A stretch of 64,000 nt of DNA from contig OZ037771.1 in the NCBI GenBank assembly GCA_964035545.1, forward strand, positions 12,833,133-12,897,132, read 5' to 3'. This stretch comes from Bugula neritina. Taxonomy: Eukaryota > Animalia > Bryozoa. The notes below the pieces were generated by a model. The model had not been told where the DNA came from and did no database searches. It saw only the letters and a program-made list of their open reading frames with translations. The position numbers were made by a program, and so were the translations under genes. Positions 51,986-62,685 of this stretch are shown here, in pieces. Position 1 is the stretch's first letter, and every line of letters starts with the position of its first letter.

Positions 51986-52619
51986 GTGGATATGCAACAC
52001 AATAACACCCAAATTAGTAGTACACAAAACTACAACAATACCATGAAGTGATTAAGAACTCTAACTAAACTCTTTTATAGGCCAGTTGTTGAGCAAGCAT
52101 GTGGCAAAACATACAGGACAACAATATAACATATGACTGATATCAACCACTGTAGAAACTCATTATGTAATATAGAGAGGGACACAAATGCCCAAAACAA
52201 GCATTGTATTTACCAAAATGAAATTATTATATTTCAAGTATATGAAAAGCTTCCAGATGGTTTAAGATATCCAATTTAAAACCAATAGCTGCTTGATACT
52301 ATAAATTTGCAACAATGATTCATTACAATGATTACTACTTTTACTAACATCACTGATGGTGCTACTAGTGCTAACATCACTAATGGTACTACTAGACAAA
52401 TAGCAATGATAAATATTACATAATTATATAGATTGAGTGTTATAGACTTTACTTTTAGTTTTACAGTTTCAGGAAATCAAAGTTTAATGGTAATAATCGG
52501 TATCAACAGTTGCAGTAAAATACATACCCAATGATTGAATGAATACTTAGAGAGCTACGCTTAGAGTTAGATTATCATTATATTTGTAGTATTGTTTATA
52601 GTACTACTACTAGTGCTAG

Positions 52620-52955
52620 TTGAAAAATAATTGGCCCCACTGGGAATCGTACCCGAGTCCTCTGGCTTGCAAGCAAGTGTGCTAACCATTACACCACGGG
52701 GACCACTGGGTAAACATATAACTACATCCCACCCAGTTCTCTGAATCCCACTGGCCTATTTACTACTCCTTCAGTCTTCAGGCTCCCCTGGCCACTTAAC
52801 TCCCTCGGAGTACTACTACTACTACACTTCACTAAAGGCCGAAATAGCTTGAAAAATAATTGCCCCCACTGGGAATCGAACCCGTGTCCTTTGGCTTGCA
52901 AGCAAGTGTGCTAACCTTTACACCACGGGAACCACTGGGTAAACATTTAACTACA
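52620..52955 (-). mobile_element. Two ~105-bp direct repeats, each containing a tRNA-like sequence, separated by ~120 bp
   Basis: Copies start at ~52620 and ~52848 (period 228 bp). The minus strand reads GGTCCCCGTGGTGTAATGGTTAGCAC…GGGTTCGATTCCCAGTGGGGC (A and B boxes); the anticodon arm is imperfect. Confidence 0.7.
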
Positions 52956-53394
52956 GTAGTACAGGTACTACTAGTACTAGTACTACTACTACTAGTACTA
53001 CTAACTTAAATTTACTAATTACCATACTGATACTCAGAGTGATAACGATACTAATTCAATTTCAATGTCTATCACTATAGCTATAAGATTGAACAGCTTC
53101 CTGAACCTTAGCCTAATTCAGTATGAGTATTTCACCTTGAGTTTTATTTTTAGTAATTCAAATTGGAAACTCAAACTGAAATCGTAAAACTTAAACTAAG
53201 AGTAAGTTTATCGTTTTGAATATAACTTTTACCTCACCTGACAGATAAACTGATAAAGCACACTTTGACTTGATAAAATAATAAACACCAGGCCGAGGAA
53301 ATGCAAACAATTGTAAACCAACATTAATAACTAGGACGTAAAGGTAATTTGGAAAAAAAAGTAAACTAAATCGCGCTCCGAATTTCCAACTTCT

Positions 53395-53404
53395 GGGATT
53401 CCCC
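53395..53404. promoter_or_regulatory. NF-kB consensus site upstream of the putative non-coding first exon of the RLR
   Basis: GGGATTCCCC matches GGGRNWYYCC. A minus-strand donor CAG|GTGAG lies at 53237. Confidence 0.45.
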
Positions 53405-53433
53405 TAATAGAAATGCTATTTTGAATTATTTTT

Positions 53434-53564
53434 TAAGCAGCTCCGAGTAGGGGCTGACTGAGTGCAGTAGTTTGGGTTCTCAATTTTGAAGTTCGCTCCT
53501 TCAGCTCAAAACTTGAGAACGTTCAACTACTGCATTTATCTGCCCCCCAACCTGGAGCTGCTTA
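53434..53564. mobile_element. ~130-bp fold-back MITE
   Basis: TAAGCAGCTCC…TGCAGTAGTT…TTCTCAA is the inverse of TTGAGAA…AACTACTGCA…GGAGCTGCTTA; TA flanks. Confidence 0.65.
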
Positions 53565-54576
53565 TAGAATAACTTTGCTATTGTGGCTTTCGTGGCCTAA
53601 ACTGTAAACTTGCGAGAGGGGATTCATTAACCACTCAATATTATCAAGGTGGCGATGGCGATGATTTTCTGCTATCCAATAGTTCGAGATTTTTCGGCTA
53701 TTCGAGGAATGCAAGCCCAAGAAACCTCATATAGAAGACAACTCTGATAACGCATTATGCAGTCGTAACATAATGGACAATGAGGAGACTTTCGATACTT
53801 GCAATACTTCATATTGTAGCACATAAATCAATTATAGCCCTTCTGTTGCCACTATATGTGAGTTATGTATATATTTGGTAAAATAGTAACATGCATAGGT
53901 CTATATATAATTATTCTTCACAAATCCCAGCCTCTTCGGCACAACTTTCAGTAATAAAACTAAGTAACTGATGCGGCCACTTTAAACAAAATACGCACAT
54001 TGCAGGTTACAAAAATTGGAGAAACCATACTCTTAAATTAGCACAGTAAAAAGCAGGCAGTGAAAAATGTTGTTAGCCCCTGTTCTAATAAAATAATTGT
54101 AATTTTATTATAATGCTAGTAGCCTATAGGCTATAACACACTACCAATGATACAGTATGTTATCATGCTTAGGTATATACTAACCTTTATGTGATTTTTC
54201 CTATAACAATTGGGTTTAACGTTTGCTCCAGTTTTAAGTATATTAATATTGTGAAAAAACAAAAGCTTGGTTCATCATAGTATATATTCATATATATAAT
54301 ACATTCATTTGGATTTTGTTTAAAATATATTTAATCTTAAAAATCTTGTTAAATTGAAAATATTTTCGCAACATTCTTAATAACAATGTGAAATAATATT
54401 ATACTAATTATAAAAACTATATTAAATACAAAAATTAAGACACAAACATTGTATAAGTACAAAATATTGAGCAGGAACTGTAAAATTAATCATATTGATT
54501 GCCTTTAACTATACTTGTTAGCTATAAGAAAGAAATATATAAATATCTTAAATAAAGCTTGGAGATATTTTGGACT

Positions 54577-56199
54577 TTATTTCCGCCACTGTACATCTGT
54601 CACTGCGTTTATACCCTGGGTGACACCTAAAACAGATGGCATAGTACAGAGTACAGAAGGTGTGTTTACTTCTTGCGTTACAATAAAAGTCTAGCAAATA
54701 ATTTACAGTTAGCAGATAGCCAGATACTGTGTAGGGGGGGGGGGGGGGGCAGCCAAAGTCATGGCGTATTTTCATTATTTCTTGGCTAGTTCTATAAGTG
54801 CAAGTATTTGACCGAATGTTGAAATAGATGCGATTTTCCATCCAAAAATTTCTCTCTACTCACGTAGTTTAATAAAATCCTCAGAAATGATTGTGAAGGT
54901 ATACGTCATATGCGCCAGCTATTACTATAATAAACTAGCTGACTATATTCTAAACAGCAGTTTAAGGTCATGTGATACGGGTCTTACCGCAAGTATTGCC
55001 GCCAATCCTTAAGTAGACATAGCCTTTGTGCCCCCAGTCATCTCCCCATGAGTTCTTTACGATGTAGTACGGAACGTCCCCTACACACCACGTAAATATG
55101 CATTCAATTATCAAGAGTGTAAAAGATCAATACAGGTGTATTAATTAAGAGAAGCCTGTGCTCTAGAAAAAAAAATGTAGCAAAAGAAGTTATGTTTTCA
55201 TAAGAATTTTAATCACACGCCCTAAACCATAACTTATAAAGAAAGTTAAAAAATCCAAGCTATTAAAATCACTTTATTACTGTACTAAAATGAAAAATTT
55301 ATAAGTCGAAATATTTTTTCAAATCTCTCGCTAAGGCAGGAAGTGAGTGTCTGGGGGTTGCAGACGTACCTGTGAGGTCATATCCCACTATTTGCACGGC
55401 ATGATTGATACTTGTACCACAGTGATACTGAATAATGCCCCCCATGTACTCATTCCACGTGCTGGCATCCACCCCTGCTACGAGGGGTCCGTACTTGTAC
55501 AATAAGAGTAGCAAATTTGTCTCGTTCCTAAAGTCACATGATAGTCACATGATGTCATACAGTGTATTTATAACAGACAGCTTAACACAACTGATATATA
55601 GAATAAAACCAATATAATACTATATAATATACAGTCATAATATCATTATGACTGTATATTATACTGTAAGCTCCTCCCACTCTTAATAACTATATAAATA
55701 TTGTTTTTCATATGCTAAAATAGTCAACATAATATACCAGGATCTTTATAAACATTTATATAGCAAATAGCTTAACACAACTGATATATAAAATAAAAAT
55801 ATAATAATAATATAGAGTACACAAAAATAATATATAATAATATCCACTTTAATAACTACATGTTGGCTAGAATAAATCTGTTAAGAATATATTACACAAT
55901 GTTGGATTGTATAAAAGCAAAGTCATAAAAACCTCTAAATTGTCACAGAATTAAATACAACGCAGAGAGTAAAATATTCAACAACTACCCTAGGATAAAG
56001 TAGCGTGTAGCATAAAACATTATTATCTATTTATAAAGATGTTATATTACAAGCATTATATTATATAGTAATATATTATACTACGGTATAGTGCGTTATA
56101 CCGTTACAAATTAATATAAAATATATGATTCTATAATAGCACTAGTATTATATTATTTTATTTAAAACCATATTAGACTATTTATAACATATTATATAG

Positions 56200-56261
<62 letters not shown>

Positions 56262-56278
56262 CTATATAATATATATAT

Positions 56279-56316
<38 letters not shown>

Positions 56317-59300
56317 TATAATATCCCGCTACCCGAACAGGACAAAGCGGAGATAGGTGAGAAAAAAATATATATATAGTATTATATAGTGATATATTAC
56401 GCCTATAGTAAACTACATTATCTATATATGTATGGTAACTAACTTGAAAGCTTGGCAGCACTGGAAATTTTCAACCAAAACTCCAGATTTTGAAGAATTT
56501 GTTGATAAACATTTCTCAGTCTCATCTGTGAGAGGATAGTCGGACTGGGGCACCACTAGCTTGTTACTCTATATAACAATACAACATACATATATTACTA
56601 GCTTGTTACTCTATATGACAATATAACATACATATATTACTAGCTTGTTACTCTATATGACAATATAACATACATATATTACTAGCTTGTTACTCTATAT
56701 GACAATATAACATACATCATATAAATATTACATAGTAAATACTAATAGAAAGAGAATAAACAACTCCTGATAATTTGATCAAAATAAAAGCAGTCACTAC
56801 ACTACTGTGTGTGTCAGTCATAGAGTAATATTATTCAGGCAGATTATAAAGCTTGCTGCCGGTAAGCACAGGGCACCAAACAGTTGCTGCCGATTGCAAC
56901 AGATAGCTGACTCAAGTCTATTTCACGGAATAAAAGCTCTATTATAAGTTTAACAAGAGAACCTTTTCATACACTGGGTTTTAACAGACGCCAAAAAGAT
57001 AAATTTGCGGTTTGCAGGAACTTATGGTTGGGGTTTTATTTGATGCAACTTTTCCAAACGTCGAATGAAAAATCCATTCACAGAATGCAAAGCTTGGAAA
57101 CGCAGTGATGGTGAGATAGTACACTCATTTCTTTATCTAGAACACAGCGTCATCAAGCATACTGTTGCCGTGACAACACATAAACAACAGGCAGGAACTT
57201 ACAGTTGTCAGCCAGTTTAACGAGGTGCATGTGTAGCCACCCTTGCAGCCTTTGTTAGTAGGATCACAGTCTATTATTTGCTGCACACTAAGAACTGGCG
57301 CTGAAGCATTGAACTTCTTAGCCGCAGCAGATTCGACGGTCTCCGTGACAGCGAATGCCCTGAAAAGACGACTCAGCAATTTACCACTAGCAAGGAGTAG
57401 ATAGTAGATGACTAGTGTAGGGGGTGAGAATGAGTACTAACAAGGAGTGGATAATAGAGAACAACTAGTGCGGGAGAGGGGGTGAAAATGAGCACTGCTT
57501 GATAAAGGAAATTATGAATTTGTTTGGTGTAAGCCAGAAAAAAGCTATTCTTTGAATATAACGCATTTAGTCTTAATATAACATGTTAGGAGGTGCAGAT
57601 GAAGCTGAACACGTGTATACAATCAATAACACTAAAATGCTAAATGTTATTGTAGAGAATATGGTACAGAACACAGGAGGTGTATAAGAGATCAAATATA
57701 GGGAGCAGCCATGGTCTAGAGGTTAGAGCGTTTGGCTTAGTAAACACATATTCATTGGTTTGAACTGCAGTTAAGGCAATTGGTGATGTTAGGAAGAGCA
57801 TCCAGTCATATATTGCTCTTGTGACCCATATATACAAGTCATTAGGCCGCTTAAAAAACCTATCTGTAAGAGGTTCTCACAGGGATAGTGACTATAAACT
57901 TGTGTGACTTTTTATTAGGGGGGGATGGGAGTTGGTATAGATATTGACTGTAGAATACAAAGTTACCAACTGTAATACATAACTTTACCAACGAATCATG
58001 ACTTCTGACTTACCAACAGCCTCCACAGGACTTCTGGTCCCTTACCGGAGAAACGTACCCCTTTTCTCGCCTACAACAAGCAAATACAACAATGTCTAAT
58101 CATTGCCTTCCACCACAAAACATAGTGAAATAAAAACTGGAAAATTAGAGATAAAGAGCAAAACATTTCAAACTCAGATACAGCATGTTGTCTTGCATAG
58201 AGGAAATTTCTCCCAGCACGTATAAATTCAGGGCATGCATTCAAACCCCATCAGACAGCATATAATTATCATTGTAGGGTAAGAATAGTAATTGATATAA
58301 TATTGCATTTATTTTACAAATTTCAAACTTGCTGGAGTTTTGCAAAATAAGTTATAGAACTACAGAGGCAAGGTATACGTTACAAAGGCAAGGCATACGT
58401 TACAGAGACAAGGCATACGTTACAAAGGCAGGGTATACACTACCAGTCCCATTTCTGTGGAAGATGTGACAGAGTAGATTGACACTGACTGTTAGGTGCT
58501 GACGGCTTATATGAGCTCAGATACCTGTCTGCAGTAAAAGTAAGAAATTACTAATAATAACTAAATGACTATATTATCCAGTTGAGTAACTATATTAAAC
58601 TATAGAATGCTTAACACTTGGGGATTTACAAAAGTAGCTAATAAACCATTTTGGAAAAGAGAATGGCTAATCATTTGTGAATAGAGGGGTTTCAGACATC
58701 CCTCCAGAGGAATTTGTATTTTAAAGTTGTCTCCCCCTACAGGTATTAGGGGCAGTCTCAATGATATATAGAAGGCCCATAAAATAAGTAGAAATGTATG
58801 GTTTGAGTGAAGACTACTACTAGTATAAGTTTCATTTTTTCTGAGATTAATATTTTGGCATAGGTACACATATGAGCAGTTTCAGAAATTTTTTAAAAAA
58901 TTTTGTTAATGATAAATGGCACAAAAAGAAAACTTCAAAGCATATTTGTGGTTTTGGTTATTGAGCAAATCTGAAGCTGGCAGCTGTCATTATTATTTGC
59001 TTTGCTGACTGTAACCAGTCTGGTTAGAGCTGCTAACCTTTCAACTCTTAGAACAATAATAACATGCTCGTACACTATATAGCTGCACTAGTGGGCTCTG
59101 TCTTACTGAACTCCAAATGCTCCAAATTATGGGTTGGAACACATGCCTGTACGTTTATGAAGGCACTGGCTCATTTGTATTAACATGTTCACGTACTTAC
59201 ACACCTATACTATGAAAATAACTAAGCCACCCTACTATCTAATATTTCTATAATATATCAAAAAAATTATTATAAATATAAAGATATGTATTAAAATAGA

Positions 59301-62300
59301 TAGATTAAGTTTGTAATTTCAAACAACATCTTATCTAAAAATGCCAAACACTGTATAACTATATATATTTTTTAAAAGCATTTGTTTACATGGCATGCCT
59401 GCAAGTCAATGAAAATATTTAGAGAACAGTAAAAAGAAGCATATAAATTTCAGAATAGTTTCTTCTTTTCTGAGATAAATATTTTGAAAATGTCCCACCA
59501 TTCAACATTTATATTAAGTCTGTAAAAAAAAATTTCACAGTGTATTTTCAATAAATAACTATTCTTGCAAGCTGTTTGTATACCAACATTCCTAATAAAG
59601 AAATGTTTTTGGAGCATTGTAAATTGTATACTGCTGCATTGCAGAAAAAAATCATCAAAAAAAGCACTTTTCAGCCAAAGCAACTTATTTTGTTTTCAAA
59701 AAAAAAGTTGAAATGTACATTTAGTACCAGCTGTAAAGTATAGAAAGAACGAACTATGTCATAATGACTGCATTCTTATGACACTAATAAAATTAAGATT
59801 GGCTTTACTCCATACGGATCTTGCTCAAAGGTGGAGTTCTAAATAATGCTACTAAGTTTCACTAAATTCCCAGATAATACTTTTTATATCAAATCATTTG
59901 GCTTTACTGATTTGGCTATATTATGTACATTTTGTACTTATTTATCTCTAGGTCAATTTTCAGCCATATATTTGACGGCATTGCTATACTTCCTTTGTGC
60001 CAGCATTCTTTCCTTTATATCTTTTCTGTGGTTTCTAATAATTTTCAGTGGTATGTCACTGTATGTAAACTATGTGAACCATCAGGCTATCTCTTATACA
60101 ATGCATGCTGCTATAAGAATAACAGCAGCTGTTTTGTATTCAATCAACCTCGTTGCAAGAATTTTGTTTGCTTGAAGCTCTCTGTTGAGTAGCTGTCTCT
60201 CTATATTACATAACTGCTTATTCAAGAAAGTGCACGATGAGAACTGTCCAACTTTAGCTGTCTAACTTAAATTACATTATATAGGATTACATCACTACAT
60301 AATAAGCTGATTAAACAACACATATAAATCGGCCAAAAACACCACACACTTGACTAGCTCTAGTTTGACTCATTTATATTTTGAGTTTTTCACATTACTT
60401 GAACATGCTTTAGCCAATTTGTTGCATTATTTTTCATCCATACATGTAATACAAAGATTTAGTATATTATTTTTTAGGTTTGGATTGTCTAATAGGCAGG
60501 TATCGCAGATATTTAATCAGACTGTGAAGTTGCTTAGAGAAGCTCTAAATCCAATGATAGTATTTTATCAACACAAGGAGGTTAATAAAACAATTCCACT
60601 TCAATGAACTTTGACCTAGTTAACTAGACCACTGTAAAATGGCATGCCAGAACAAACACAAACCAGCTTGCAAGAATAATTACTTATTGAAAATACACTG
60701 TGAAAAATTCTTTTACAGACTTAATTTAAATGTTGAATTGTGGGACATTTCCAAAATATTTATCTCAGAAAAGAAGAAACTATTCTGAAATTTATATGCT
60801 TCTTTTTACTGTTCTCTAAATATTTTCATTGACTTGCAGGCATGCCATGTAAACAAATGCTTTTAAAAAATATATATAGTTATACAGTGTTTGGCATTTT
60901 TAGATAAGATGTTGTTTGAAATTACAAACTTAATCTATCTATTTTAATACATATCTTTATATTTATAATAATTTTTTTGATATATTATAGAAATATTAGA
61001 TAGTAGGGTGGCTTAGTTATTTTCATAGTATAGGTGTGTAAGTACGTGAACATGTTAATACAAATGAGCCAGTGCCTTCATAAACGTACAGGCATGTGTT
61101 CCAACCCATAATTTGGAGCATTTGGAGTTCAGTAAGACAGAGCCCACTAGTGCAGCTATATAGTGTACGAGCATGTTATTATTGTTCTAAGAGTTGAAAG
61201 GTTAGCAGCTCTAACCAGACTGGTTACAGTCAGCAAAGCAAATAATAATGACAGCTGCCAGCTTCAGATTTGCTCAATAACCAAAACCACAAATATGCTT
61301 TGAAGTTTTCTTTTTGTGCCATTTATCATTAACAAAATTTTTTAAAAAATTTCTGAAACTGCTCATATGTGTACCTATGCCAAAATATTAATCTCAGAAA
61401 AAATGAAACTTATACTAGTAGTAGTCTTCACTCAAACCATACATTTCTACTTATTTTATGGGCCTTCTATATATCATTGAGACTGCCCCTAATACCTGTA
61501 GGGGGAGACAACTTTAAAATACAAATTCCTCTGGAGGGATGTCTGAAACCCCTCTATTATACAACAAACCAAATAGTAATATATTAAAATATATTTTATA
61601 ATAATAATATTAAATAACAATAAATATATTAAAATAGTTTATATTGCACATTGTAGAAGCTTTTACAGTTATATTAAAATGTCAAGATGAATAATTATAT
61701 AAAGTATTTTTGGTGAAAATTAATAGAAAAACATATTCCATTTTTCTAAATTTAAGCATATCCTGTTACAATATCTAGCGCTATTAATAGAATAAATGAA
61801 CAGGAAACTGTTGGCCATAAAAGACATTGTCAAATCAATGCTGAGTAAATACAATACAACAATGGCTTTTATAAATTCCTAATACAGCATAAATATGCAG
61901 TACATCATTACAATATAACTTATGCTACAATGCAAAACTAATAACTTCGCCTGCTCTTTTGTGTAGAAGGAAGTACTATGAATTATATGTATAGTTACAA
62001 GGTGAAACAGTTGAGGAGTCAGTGTCTATATACTGTAAGATAAGAATATTGTCCATAGTTGTTTCAACATACCAATAAACTCCTCCTTAGACAAATTGTA
62101 AATATGACTAGTTGGCCGCGTAGAAGGAAATAAAACTTTCCCATTACCTCCGATAATCACCTGAAACATATAACAATTTACACAATAAACAATTGTTGAA
62201 AATTAAATCAAAACTAAACGACAAATAATTAAAATTTTCAATAAGTATATCAAAACTTTTAATGAATTAACAATATACACAGTTATACATGTATTATAAC

Positions 62301-62685
62301 TGTGCACACAGGCACTCACACATATACACATTATACACACATGTAATATATATATATTTGTATTATTGTAAACCAAATAATATGCTAAGGATAAATTATT
62401 CATCGCTCATAAATTTTATGATAAGTCAATTTAAAAGATGTGGAGCTTTGATTCTTAACTTAAAATAACCGATTTTCATTTAAAATTGTCAAAGCTAGCG
62501 TAGGTACAGACCCAAGGTTCAAATTTCTGAGAAACAATGATTTAAATAAATGATCTTCTTGGTTTCTATTTTATACACTGCTGTGGTTGTGGCAACAAAA
62601 CAATTGATAAATCTAAATTATAACAACTTTTTGCACTTACTTTGAAAAACTGAAAAATTATGAGAAGGAGAAAAGCTCTCATCAT
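54577..62685 (-). CDS. CTSO: Cathepsin O-like papain-family (C1A) cysteine protease
   Basis: Signal peptide exon 62685-62641 ([15 protein letters not shown]), [19 protein letters not shown] (oxyanion Gln, catalytic Cys), [33 protein letters not shown] (cathepsin O-type), NHAVQIVGY (His), KNSWG (Asn), ending DVQWRK*. Confidence 0.9.
56204..56316. repeat. (TA)n microsatellite
   Basis: Directly visible. Confidence 0.97.
56555..56717. repeat. 42-bp x4 tandem duplication spanning a cathepsin splice acceptor
   Basis: Units start at 56555, 56597, 56639 and 56681; the first overlaps the exon start at 56568. Confidence 0.93.
57701..57910 (+). mobile_element. tRNA-derived SINE, older copy of the 12831 family
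   Basis: Shares TTGGTGATGTTAGGAAGAGCATCCAGTCATA and the GGTTCTCACAG…GACTATAAACTTG tail; the B box is decayed. Confidence 0.85.
58361..58443. repeat. 20-bp x4 repeat beginning at a cathepsin splice donor
   Basis: TACARAGGCAAGGYATACGT units; the outermost starts at the GT. Confidence 0.85.
58683..61555 (+). mobile_element. Second non-autonomous ISL2EU-type element with ~890-bp inverted arms, in a cathepsin intron
   Basis: Termini AGAGGGGTTTCAGACATCCCTCC…GGAGGGATGTCTGAAACCCCTCT with AT flanks (58681-82, 61556-57). Arms ~58683-59574 and ~60664-61555. Interior exon ~60478-60607 ([30 protein letters not shown]…IPLQ) resembles the second half of the transposase HTH. Confidence 0.82.

Noticed and set aside
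52770-52860. Hammerhead ribozyme in the spacer (GGCCGAAA on +, CTGAAGA on -)
   Set aside because: The CUGANGA and GAAA core elements are not on the same strand in the right arrangement.
52632-52935. Functional tRNA-Cys/Ala genes
   Set aside because: The anticodon arm has a mismatch and a 6-nt loop, the T-arm is imperfect, and flanking sequence is co-duplicated; better explained as a tRNA-derived repeat.
60625-60639. TAGACCACTGTAAAA resembling the terminus of element 1 at the inner junction of element 2
   Set aside because: A short gapped match; a similar string occurs near 42694, so chance cannot be excluded.
40294-62685. RLR + cathepsin + dsRNA-forming transposons as a coordinated antiviral locus
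   Set aside because: Adjacency alone is not evidence in an animal genome, and the neighbours are unrelated housekeeping genes; conserved synteny or co-induction data would be needed.
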